From contig CM052816.1 of NCBI GenBank assembly GCA_028534125.1, positions 45,386,001-45,450,000 on the forward strand: DNA of 64,000 bases. Reading direction: 5' to 3'. Of this stretch, positions 52,301-64,000 are shown piece by piece. Position 1 is the stretch's first letter. Each line of letters opens with the position of its first letter. The notes beneath the pieces are model-generated. The model searched no databases and was not told where the DNA came from. It saw only the letters and a program-made list of their open reading frames with translations. This DNA comes from Lama glama (lineage: Eukaryota). A program made the translations under genes and the position numbers.

Positions 52301-54290
52301 TCTGAAATTTGTATGGAGATACAAAAGACCCCCAAATAGTCAAACTGATCGCGAGAAAGAACAAAGCTGGAGGTACAATGGTCCCTGGTTTCAAACTATA
52401 CTATAAGTCTACAGTCATCAAAACAGTATGGTACTGGCACAAAAACAGACACATGGATCAGTGGAACAGAACAGAGAGCCCAGAAATGAATCCACACTTA
52501 TATGGACAATTAATCAATGACAAAGGAGGTAAGAATACACAATGGGGAAAAGATAGCCTCTTCAGTAAATGGTGTTGGGAAAACTGAACAGTTACCTGCA
52601 AAAGAAACAAGTGGACTACTTTATCACATTATATACAAAAATAAACTCAAAATGGATTAGAGGCATAAATGTAAGACCCAAATCCATAAAGCTTGTAGAA
52701 TAAAACATAGGCAGTATGCACTCTGACATTGGTCTTAGCAATATTTTTTTGGATCTGTCTCCTCAAACAGGGAAGACAAATGCAAAATTGAACAAATAGA
52801 CTACATTAAAGTAAAAAGGTTTAGCATAGCAAAGGAAAACTATCAACAAAATGAAAAGGCTGCCTACTGAATGAGAGAAGATATTTGCAAATGATATATT
52901 CAACAAGTCATTAATACCCAAAATATACAAAGACTTCATTCAACTCAACAACAAAAAAACCAAACAACCCATTTAAAAATGGGCAGGGGACCTGAACAGA
53001 CATTTTCCAAACAAGAAATACAAATGCCCAACAGGCACATGAAAAGATGCTCAACATCACTAATCATCAGGGATATGCATAGCAAAATCACAATGAGGTA
53101 TCACCTCATACCTGTCAAAATGGCTATTATCAAAAAGACAACAAATAGCAAGTATTAGCTAAGATGTGAAGAAAAGGGAACACTCATGCACTGTTACTGA
53201 AAATGTAAACTGGTGCAGTCACTATGGAAAACAGTATGGAAGTTCCTCAGTGCCATAGGATCCAGCAATTCCAGTCCTGGGTACTTATCAGAAGAAAATG
53301 AAAACACTAATTAGAAAAGATATATGCATCCCTATGATCACTGCAGCAGTATTTACAATAGCCAAGATATGGAAGCAACTTAAGTGTTCATCAACAGATA
53401 AATAGATAAGACGACGAAATATTACTTAGCCATGAAAAAGAATGAAATCTTACGATTTTCAACAACCTGGATAGATCTAGATAGTATTATGCTATGTGAA
53501 ATAAGTCAGAAAAAGAAAGACAAATCCTGCATTATTTCACTTGTGTGTCAAATCTAAAAAACAAAACAAATAAACAATCAAAACAAAACAGAAATAGAGC
53601 CATAGATACAGAGAACAAACAGAAGGTTGTTTGAGGGGATGGGGACAGGGGAACGAGAGAAACAGATGAGGGAGATTAAGAGGTACAAACTTTCAGTTAT
53701 AAAATAAATGAGCCACAGCTATGAAGTGTACAGTGTGGGGCATACAGTCAATAATTATGCAATATATTTGTATGGTAACAGATGGTAACTAGACTTACTG
53801 TGGTGATCATTTTGAAATATAAAGAAATATTGAATCACTATATTGTGCACCAGGAACTGCCATAGTGTTGTAGGTCAATTATATTTCAAAAACCAACCAA
53901 CAAAAATAACTCATGAAAAAGAGATCAGATCTGTGGTTACCAGAGATGGGAGGAAGGGGAATTAGATGAAGGTAGTCAAGAGGTACAAAAATCCAGCTAT
54001 AAGATAAATAAGAACTAGAGATGTAATATACAACATGATTAACATAATTAAACTGCTATATGCTATATATGAACATTATTAAGTGAGTAAATCTTAAGGG
54101 TTCTCATCACATGGAAAATATTTTTTCTATCTTTTATTTTGTGTCTATATGAGATGATGGCTGTTCACTAAATTTTTTCTAATAATGATGTATGTAAGTC
54201 AAATCATTTTGCTATACACCTCCAATTTATACAGCACTGTGTGTCAATTATATCTCAATAAAATTGAAAGAAAAACTAAAATAAAAACAA
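49302..54290 (+). mobile_element. L1 with 5' UTR, large internal deletion, decayed ORF2 (RT) and 3' UTR; inactive
   Basis: 5' CAAGATGGCAGAGTAGG; GC-rich 5' UTR to about 50500; RT motif region CTGTTTGTAGATGACATGAT (LFVDDM); ORF2 peptide [32 protein letters not shown]; ends TGTCAATTATATCTCAATAAAA; many stops and frameshifts. Confidence 0.96.
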
Positions 54291-54354
54291 CAGGAGATAT
54301 TTCACAAAGCATGTAGATAAAAATGAGGAAAGGAATAGACTGGCTGTCTATAGA

Positions 54355-54522
54355 GTACTGGCTCTCAACTAGGGGCAACTTTGGCTTCCAGGAGATGATA
54401 TTTTAGTTATCATAGTTGGGTGGCAGGGTGCTACTGCGCCAGGTATGGCACTAAACGTTCTACAATGCACAGGACAGCCTCTCACAACAAATTTTCTGGC
54501 CCAGATGTCAGCAGTGTTGAAA
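54355..54522 (+). mobile_element. MER20-like hAT element
   Basis: TCTCAACTAGGGGCAACTTTG...GGGTGCTACTG...CTACAATGCACAGGACAGCCTCTCACAACAAA...TGGCCCAGATGTCA. Confidence 0.8.
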
Positions 54523-57189
54523 TCTTAATTGAGATTCTCAGTTTGAGAAATTTTCATTTAGGGCCATAAAACCTTTACAAAAAACCCACTTGGTTAATGC
54601 CAGTGAGACTAAAGTGCATGAAAAGTACTTTTAGTCTATGAGTGTGATTCCTCAATTGACAGGGACAAATACTCCTCACAGTTAAATTTGGGAGCTGTGT
54701 ATCATACACAGGGAATCGTATATCGTGAAAAGGACCAGCTGGTAAGGAAACCATCATTTAAAATGAAATGTTCAAAGTACTAAGTAGGAATCTGAAGATC
54801 ATCAACATTTTCTACATAACTTCATATTGGACTTTATATCTATTGAAATAACAGGAAGAAGAGGAAGAAAACCAGATAACTATTAAAGAATCAATACATA
54901 TTTGCTGCCTTTCTTCTTCAGGACCTGAACTACTGTGTAGCTATTCTAGAAAACAGAAGCCTTCCTCCTGACTCCCAAGGATGAACACGTAATTTTTAGT
55001 AAAACATCTCTATCACTAAAAACCTGTTAGGGTTCATCTAAATATATCTTAGAAAGAATCATGATTCTTTAAAATCATATTGCTAAACAAGATCAATTCA
55101 GAGATAAATAAGGCAAACAGCAGTTTTAGGAACATTCCCTACCAAGATTACGTTCAAAGCCTAAACCTTTAAAGCAGAGATGGAATTTTCTCTTATTGCA
55201 CTACTGTTCTGATGAAAATATTACTACCCAAAAACATCGACCTAAACTTACAGACTTCTAAATACTAATAGCGTAATATATAATACAGTCACAGACATCT
55301 TTTTACAGTGAGGTTTTTTAACTCAACAAGATTTTAAGGACATTGACAGAATTTTTAAATCAGAATTCTATTCATGTTAAAAATCATGTATCTGTTATAT
55401 ATTTATTCATTATGCACTTACTGACTAAAAAATTGGGGTACTTTTGGATGTTGTCTCTCATCTTCCATGAACTTAATCCATATATACAAGATTCTTTAGA
55501 AAAAGAAAAGGCACTTATTGTTTAGATGTGAAATGCAAACACAGTGAGCAGTTTATCACGTTGAAGCAAGTAAGCAGTGAGGGCATCCAAAGGCCTGTCT
55601 GGGCACAGGTGGAGATTTCCCACCTAGAACAACAGCTTTCTTCAAAAATTTAAATAAGAAATATCACAAAGAAGTTCTTAAAAGTCTATCATGAAACAAT
55701 ACATATGAGTATTTGTGTAATAGAATGAACAGGCTTTGAGATGAGCCCAATGCAAGTTATATTCACAGCTTCATCAGTTACTTAGCAGGAGACTATGGGT
55801 AAGTCTGTCTCCACATCTGTAAAATGGGGACTTAAAAAAGGTAAAACTACCTGGTTCCCAACAAAACATTCAATATTATTTCCCATCCTCACCTCCAAAA
55901 TGAAAAAAAACATACAAAAAAAGCATTCAAGAGCTTTGTAAAACTGGTTTCAGAAATGAGAAAACTATCTCTTTTAAAATAATTATACTCAGTAAAAAAC
56001 TCAAATTTAATTTTAAAATCCAGAAATAGCTTTCTGTTTGGAGGTGAACATATTAACAGTAATTGCTTTACATCTCTGAGAAAATCTGCAATTTTCTTCC
56101 AAACATGAATTTTAGAAGTTCTTCCATCAGGTTAATCCTCAGTAAAAGTTAGCTCATAGTCAAAAGTTAAAGATGAAATTGCCCCATATGTTATTCTTAG
56201 TGTCTCTTTTTCCCAATCTCTAATCATTTTCCAGATTTCCCCCTACAATACTGCAAGAAAATGTAGGAAATATTACAAATTTTGAGCATCCTTCACATAC
56301 AATACCCAATCTTTGCCCTTTACTGTGACCCACTGGTGAAAGTCCATCTTTCTTGAGTTATCCAATGACATGAATTTTATGGAAAAATACAAGATAAAAA
56401 AAAACCTTTCTAAGACTTTTAATGAAGGTTTGTGATCAGGTAAGTCTATTAAATGGTAGCACATTTAATGAGTACTTAAATAATGTTTTTAGCAGCCCAG
56501 TAATTAGATCCCTTTGCCACACACATCAAAAAAAAAAAAAGTGTCAAAGTAACAGGGTCATAATTTCCGGCAACACTGGTTATGGGTGCTCTGGTCTTAA
56601 CTTTTTTATTCTTTCTCCTTAACTTGATTAAGTCAGAAATAATGAGCAAATGTGAACCCTTCCTGGAACGCATCATTTAATTTCTTTTTAAAAATTGCAC
56701 AGGTGGAACCTAGCAGTTTCTTGGCAGCATACTGAGGTAGGATCCAAGAAATACAAAATATTCCATCAATTATCAATTAGGGATGAGATACACAACAAAG
56801 TCCTGACACTGGTATGTACCCTCAGAGCCTAATTTTGCTAAAGAGCAGCTATGAAGAAAAGGATGCATCACCGAAGAGATAGAGTTTACACTTCCCCAAA
56901 GAGTGAAAGCAGTGGATGTAAGAACTTTAATCTAAGTATGCCACACAGAACCATGAGGTCTAGAGAGAAGTCACTGGTCAGAAAAGATCATTGCTAAAAT
57001 CTGTTCACTTTTCAATGCAAGCTTACTTCTAAGGGTAAGAGACTACAGAGGAATGGGAAATTTGAGATTACTACCATATCTTAATACACTAGCGACAGTC
57101 TCCACAAGACTGACATATCAGGATGGTGGCTGCTGGTGTTGACAGCTAAAAAACTGTGTAAGTCTAACTCCAGATGCTCAAAGAAGCTG

Positions 57190-57540
57190 AGTTGAGAGGT
57201 GCCTCTGGGATGGACCTTCTGATCATGTCATTTCTCTGACAGAAATCTTCCAATGTCTAGAAAGTAAACCTCTAAATCGAGCTTTCAAGGTCTCACATAA
57301 GCTCATCTGGATCTGCCTTTCCAAGCTTTTCCCCCAACACCCTCATTCATAGATGATGCACAGTGTCCTTCTCTGGGGATTTTAAAAACATGTTCTGCAC
57401 TTTCTTAAACCCAAGGTGTCACTCATTCTGGTTTCTTCACTCAAAATGCTTTACCCCCACTGAAAGGCACCCTCCAACTCCATTCAAATTTCATCTGTCT
57501 GGCTAAAGCCTTCACTAATTTCCAGGAAAAGGGGAAAGTA
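57190..57540 (+). mobile_element. L2 fragment
   Basis: TCTGATCATGTCATTTCTCTG...AATCTTCCAATG...TTCAAGGTCTC. Confidence 0.55.
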
Positions 57541-57604
57541 CTGCTACGTAAGACATACATCATGCACTTGTGACATACACATGATATGCACGCACACCTT
57601 TGTG

Positions 57605-57830
57605 GGTAGTTTAGTGGATAAAAGGAATCAGACACACGTGGGTTCAAATCTTAAGTCAGCTTCGTAGTTATGGTATCTTGGAAAAATGTAATTATATTCC
57701 GTGAGACTCAGTTTCCTCAGCTATAAAATGAAGACGGTAATGCCTATTGATAGCACTACTGTGAGAACAGAGTGGAGTAGCATCTACTTAGTCTCTGGAT
57801 TTTAATAGGAGCTCAAAGAGAATATAATTA
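57605..57830 (+). mobile_element. MIR SINE
   Basis: GAATCAGACACACGTGGGTTCAAATC...CTCAGTTTCCTCAGCTATAAAATG. Confidence 0.85.
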
Positions 57831-60035
57831 TAATGCCATTACCTCTCTAAAACTTACATAAATAAAGTGAAAAAATCCTAAAAACAGATTCCTAAAAGAG
57901 TTTACTTTAATTGAATTAAAATTTAAAATTAAATGTCACATCATTTGGGAAAATGAAGGGGGGAAAAAACCAAACAAATCAAAGCAGTACCATGAAAAAA
58001 AAAAAAAAACTGAAACTTCAAGATACACAGCTAACCCTTAGAAGGAAGCAGTGGAAAAGTCAAACCTCCTTTGATTAGGAGAATCAGCTTTTCCATATTC
58101 AAAATAACCAGGTATCACATATTTTAAAATTTAAACCTAAACTTAAAAAGTCTTAATTATTTTACTCCCATAATGTTATACCTTATTTATCTGAATGAAA
58201 ACTGATTTGTTCTTTTCTTTCAAAATCTTATTTCAAAATTTATATCTCATCTTGTTCAGGGACACTTCTCCATTTCAAAATGTGCACATGGATCCCTCTT
58301 CCAATGTACATGAAAAGTGGATTTACTTGGGAGAGTAAGCCTATCTTTCCTGCGGCTCTCAACACGACTTCCGGAAGACAGTGGGAGGGGGGAATCTGGG
58401 GCTCCATTCTTGTGTTGTGAATCATGGAAGGGAATCTGGAGTCCCCACTCTGCTTCTGCTGGTGGCTGCTCCACTCCCTTCCTCCCGCCTGCAGACGGGG
58501 AGAAGAGCAGCAAAAGCCTCCTTCCGAACATGCCTGCGTCTAGCACCTTATTTCCACAACACCTTCCCCAAGCCTTTCTCCACTTGAAAGCTGAAGCAGG
58601 GTTATTCTAGGGAAAGAATTACTCATGCGCAGCTGGTCAATGGTTTTTTCTCCCATTTGTCCCAGTCTGTCCGCAGAAAGAGATTTAACAAACAAAAGTG
58701 ATTAGAGTCCTTCCCCTCAAATAAATGATCATCTGTAAGTGGGGAAAAGTGTAAATGTCCAACAACAAAGAACGTGTGACAGCCACACCACGTTCATGCG
58801 GCCGATTTCAGGCTTTCCTTGTTTTCTCTTGTTTTCTATCTGTGTAAACACCCCCACCATTTCCTAGATGATAATCTTCCAAAGGACATGATATGACTGC
58901 TTTGGGGTTTGTTAGTCAGTTTGATTATTTAGTCTCACACAGAATTGATACATGACTGTAAAGATAGGAAGTATTTATTAAAAATACGTCTCTGACTTTT
59001 CATAATTGCCCCCAAAGGAGTGGAAAGAAGGTGCCCTTCAGTATGAGATCCTAATTAACATCTAGGACTAGATGCTAAATACATCTTTTAAATTTATACA
59101 AAACAGTATTCCAGTGGTGTTCGAAACCACCTACTGCAGCCTTCTAATTCCATGTTAAACCCCAGTGATAAACAATCTTTTCCTCAAATTGCTTCCCCTC
59201 TCCCGGCACCACTGACTCAGACGCGGGCTGGGAGAGAGCCCTCCGAGGATTAGGCAGCGTGCGTTATACGTAACCTGGCAGCTACATGGAAACTCCAAAG
59301 AGAGTAAATCAAACATCAGTGGCCGATTGTGAAGCCAAATTGCTTCCTCTTTTCTAGTTTCTCACAAAACTGCCTGAATTCAGCTTCCCCTCTCCTCTAA
59401 CGGCAGCCACTTCTGCCGGAAGTCTATTCTCTCAGACTAGCTTCTATTTAGGAAAGAATGGCTTATATTGTTGTATAGCCTATAAATAACTTAGAAAAAA
59501 GTTACACATGCTGAATTTAAAACACCACCATAAGTATTCTCCTGGGGTATTTTCAGTGCATTTCTCTATGCTCTGAATTGTATCTTCACTTCAAGAATAG
59601 TAAATTCACAAAGGCTAGTGTCATGGAAAATATACATGGGATATATCTCCTACCATTATAGTTGGAGTTATCATAATTTCATTGTAGGTTTTTTGTCCCC
59701 CAGAATTTTGTTCCTAGGGCTTACTTAACAGGTATATAAAATGTAGTATTACAGCAATACTTTTTATAGACGCTTAAATATTGCAATATATGAAGCTCTA
59801 ATGATTTATGCCTTTATGGGTCTTTAACACATGACTGCAGATTATATTTGAAGTAACACTGAAAAATATTTTTTACCTGATAACTTTTCCCTATTTCTTC
59901 ACTAGAACTAATAACAAAGAGTTTGTCAGAGTTGTTTTGGAATTATTCTTTAAAATATGAAATAGCTTTTTAACTCCATGCATAATGAATGCTTCAATTT
60001 CAAAGAGGTATTAACTCATGCATTAGTAAAAGACT

Positions 60036-60056
60036 AAAAAAAAAAAAAAAAAAAAA
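60036..60056. repeat. Poly(A) run
   Basis: About 21 consecutive A. Confidence 0.9.
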
Positions 60057-60499
60057 CCTGAACCCCTACTGACACTTTACAGAATAGAGAATTCTGATTT
60101 TTTATGAAGAGTGGTATAGAATTGGATATGTCAGCCTTTTCAGGTTAGACAAGTTAGCACATTTCTAAGAAAAATGCTCATGAGACACAAAAATGTATCT
60201 GTGGCACCCAAATTTTTATCCTACAAAAATCTATAAAAAATTCTTGTTTCCTGTTCCTTCCCCAAGTATCAGTTCTGCTCGGGTATGGAGACTAACTCTC
60301 CATCTCCTCCAGGTCTGGAGCAGAAATATTTCTCCTTTCCTCAGCATCAACCCTTAACCAGAAGAACCATCCTTGGAGCCTTGCAACATAAACAGAATAA
60401 AATCCAATGTGGAGCAATCCTTTTGGCATCACGGATCCTGCCAGACATAACCCATTCCTCTGCCTTTACTAATGTCTGTATTTTAATTATATGTACATT

Positions 60500-60810
60500 C
60501 TACCTGGTGAAGACTTCTCATCTTTCAAGACAACTTTAGCATTCTTATCTCTATAAAGATTTTCCTGAGCCCACCCCTCACCCTGGATAGAATAACTCCC
60601 CTTTTTGTGGTGGCCATTGCATGCTGTACTGACTACCACATGCCTATCCCACTCCCCTGCATTCATTTATTTACACATTTATCCCCTTCCTGGTAGACTA
60701 TAAGTGCTCCAGGGTCTAAACTATGTCTTATTTATTTTTATGTCCACAGTTCCTAGCAAAGAGCTTGATATATTTTTTATGACACTAAATATTTACAGAA
60801 TGGGAACAAT
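60500..60810 (+). mobile_element. L2 3' end
   Basis: TAGACTATAAGTGCTCCAGGG...ATGTCTTATTTATTTTTATGTCCACAGTTCCTAGCA...TAAATATTT. Confidence 0.7.
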
Positions 60811-62629
60811 GAATGGTGGTTGTATAGTCAAGGAGACAAATATAAATTGGGCTGCCACAAACATTTCAGAAAAGGTCCTCCTCCCTTTGTTACAGAGAGG
60901 ATAAATATATTTTCCACTGCTCTAAGACTCAAACAGGAGGTAGCAGACAGACCTGCTTGCCCTCATTTGACTTTTCTATATTCACACAAGAGTCTTCAAT
61001 AATTAACCCTGACAAACATTTTCAAAGAGCAATTCCTAATCCTCAGAGTTGAAAATTGCTCAAGTATAGACTGTCCGTACACTATTAAGACCATTTTTTA
61101 TGGAGTCTCACAAGTACCTAGTGAGTTAACAGTAATGATGACCATGACCTGAGCTGACATTGGCACTTCAGCTACTCTGTCTTCCTGGGGTTAATCTCTT
61201 AAACTCTCCAGCCTTTGTACCTCTGTGGAGTGAAAAAACTGTGTAAGCAATACCTACACGCCTCTATTTGTATAATTTAAAATGCTTATAATTGCCCTTC
61301 TAAAACAAATATTTATTAAACACATCTCTGGGCAGATACAAAGAGGCAAAAAAAAATTAACCAACACTTTCACTTCTTTATCTAAAGATTTCCAAGGTAT
61401 AAAACCACACTCCTTAAATGCAAAGGTTTTAATTTTTAAAAATTTCTTTTGGGGCAAGGAATTGCGTTTTGTGGTGGTTATGTCTCATTAACTCACTTGT
61501 AATACCAGGCATTATAATGAATGCTTTCAGTTACTCATAGGTTAAAGGCTTTGGGGATTATAAACTCAGAAACTAACAGTGGTTTCATCACGATTATAAA
61601 CATGACCTAAGCATGGCAGGATTGTTCATTACGTCTAGACATATTACAGTACGTTGGAGTACTTCATCCCAGCACTAATACTATCAATATGACAACAACC
61701 TCTGGCACTAAAGACATTTACTATTTAACTATTTATTAGAAATGGCTATTATAATTAGTTACTATCTACCTTGAGTGTCTGCACCCAGTCTTAACACAAA
61801 ACATTATTCCTGTGGAATATAGAAAGTTTACTACGGAATAATATACAACTTTCTCTGTGTACTATAGTGGTTCTCTCATCTCTACCCTTGCTTCTCAACA
61901 TGAACTTAACACAGCTGCTTTATGAGGCAAATCTCTAGCCCCATACTATGTCCACAAGCTTCGGAAAACCTTCACATTTGCCATCCAACTCACTTGCAGA
62001 AGCATCTACCCAGACTCAGGAAGCTGGTGTCAAGAAGTCTGTGTCTCTGTGCTAATTCCCTCTCCCATCTCCCCACCCCATCCTGAGCACTCACTGTCTG
62101 CTTATACAGATTTCTGAAGGAAAGAGAGCCAGGTAATAGAGGCTGTGAGAGCAGCAAGGGTTTTCTTGATGTTTCCAACAAGAAATCAAAATGTATTTTA
62201 ACGTGAAGAAAAATTGCTATTAGGACCCAGAATAGTCAGATTAAAAGCTAAAAGCCTTTGGTGGCTGGCTTGGGATCTCAACTTCTCTCTATAACTATTT
62301 TTGTGGAAAAACTAATTGTGAATTGAACCTATTTAAATTATAAACCAAGATTTATACTGCTATTTGTTTATAAGTTGTAGATCACTACAACATTACAATT
62401 CTTTAAGAATATGAATAATTTCTTTTTAATTCTAATTTTTCTTTAAGGAACTGAGAATATAGGAAGTTTATTTTCATGAGAAAATGGTGATAGGTGAGTT
62501 TTTAAATTGCTGAAGAATGTTCATAAGGCTCAAGCCTACAACTTCCTTTCACTTCACTGTTTCATTATTTTACTGAATTTTACTATTAAAGAAATAATTA
62601 TTTTTATTGTTTCCAATTTTTGTTGGAAA

Positions 62630-63365
62630 TTTAGTATGCTCCAAAAAGATTTTTATGGGTGCTAGAAACATTGCAATGAGCAAGACAAGCGATTCCTGAT
62701 CTAATGGAGTTTACATTCTAGGAGGTGGGAAATAGGGAGCAAGGAAAGAGACGGAGTACAATAAATGAGCAAGAGAATTCACGTATCGATGTGTGATAGG
62801 AAGTAAACATAACAATGATGTGATACTGTGAGGCAGGAGAGCTACTCAGGGAGGCTGTTCTGAGGTGATAATATGTGAGCTGACTGTGAATGAAGGATGG
62901 ATGAATGAATACCTGAATGAGCAAAGCACTAGGGCAGAGTTTCCCAAGCTCAGAGATTAACTGGAACCCAGGGCCCAGGACTAGAAGGAGGTGGCATGTT
63001 TCAGGAACCAAAAAGTGTCCGGTGTCGCTGGTGCTTGATGACTGGTAGAGACGGGAGGAGGTGAGGTCCAAGTATGCAGAGATGATCCTAAAAGTCTGCT
63101 GGACGGAGGTCAGAAGTTTCTCTGTTATGTGTGGTAGGAAGTTACTGAAGGATTTTATGTGGGAGTGTGATTTGAGTAAATTTAGTCTTTAAAATGACTC
63201 CTCTGGCTACCAAGAAGAGAACAAACTATAAAGGAAGGGACCAGAGTGAAACCATGGGTAATAATCTGGAAGCTACCATAAAAGACAGATGGCTTAGACG
63301 AGCATGATAATGGTAAACAGCAATAGAAGAGAACACAATTGAGATACACTTTGGAAGCAGAGAGA
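62630..63365 (-). mobile_element. L2 LINE
   Basis: GGTGCTAGAAACATTGCAATGAGCAAGACAA...ATGGAGTTTACATTCTAG; TTTAAAATGACTCCTCTGGCT. Confidence 0.85.
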
Positions 63366-64000
63366 GAAAATGAATTTAATTCCCAAATATGGTTAATACT
63401 ACATGTAAATTTAAAAAGGGACACCCATACTAAAAAGTTTTACAGTATGCAAAATTTGAGAATATGAATGCAGAAGCTGACTTGCATTTAACTTTGATTT
63501 CAGTATTCCAGAAGGAGTAAGGGCATAAACTGGCTTGGAATGGGGCTTAGAGGTGAGGTCTGGGTGGCTGTGGAGTTTCTTGGTTTCCAGGCCATGCTCC
63601 ATAAAATCACTGGTACACACCATCTTATTATGCACATAAAACTTGGCCAAGAAATGCACTTGGTTGTCCATATGTGACATGTAAATATTTCAAGTTGGCA
63701 AAAACATTCCCCCTTACAACCAAAACATAGTGCCCCAAACCAAATTCCTCCTCATCCCTGGCAGAACACAGAGTATATGTTCCTGGGGGATGCGATCCAA
63801 ATGGGGCTCTGCAAGAAAGGTGTTCTGGACTCACACAACTAACAAGCCTATAGAAAAGGCTACTTTCCTTTAATATAAAACTGCTGTTAATTTGGCCCTC
63901 TTACATACCGTTGCACAGAGTACATGGTTTGAAAAAAGAACAATCTCTGCTTAGGAACTGAAAGCTCAGTTAGGCCAATAGGCAATTAAATGTAAGACAC

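Noticed and set aside
52212..52587. ORFs with real protein similarity
   Set aside because: Fragments of the decayed L1 ORF2, not a host gene
55053..55070. 18-bp perfect palindrome AAAGAATCATGATTCTTT
   Set aside because: AT-rich; roughly one is plausible by chance in 64 kb
58256..58610. Overlapping 96-aa and 97-aa ORFs
   Set aside because: No known homology; explained by local GC richness

Overview
AT-rich mammalian genomic DNA, most likely camelid (camel/alpaca/llama). The basis is two tRNA-derived SINEs of the camelid Vic-1 type; I saw no Alu, Bov-A/Bov-tA or PRE-1 SINEs. The window looks like the interior of a long intron, or possibly intergenic DNA. I found no recognisable protein-coding gene. 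The listed ORFs are short chance ORFs, except fragments of a decayed L1 ORF2 and a CR1/L3 RT C-terminus. Much of the window is interspersed repeat: a 5-kb internally deleted L1, an older L1 ORF1/ORF2 remnant, several L1 3' ends, many L2 and MIR pieces, MaLR LTRs, hAT elements and an inverted Tigger1 pair. L1 pieces lie almost all on +, and the best splice-site pairs lie on -, which suggests an unidentified host transcript on the minus strand. The best leads are a 21-nt microexon candidate, a 96-nt cassette exon candidate, AG|GT recursive-splice-like junctions, a near-consensus CTCF site, CpG/TF-motif-rich patches and two fold-back structures. I see no convincing evidence of a novel biological system. 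Repeat subfamily names are from memory of consensus sequences and boundaries are approximate.
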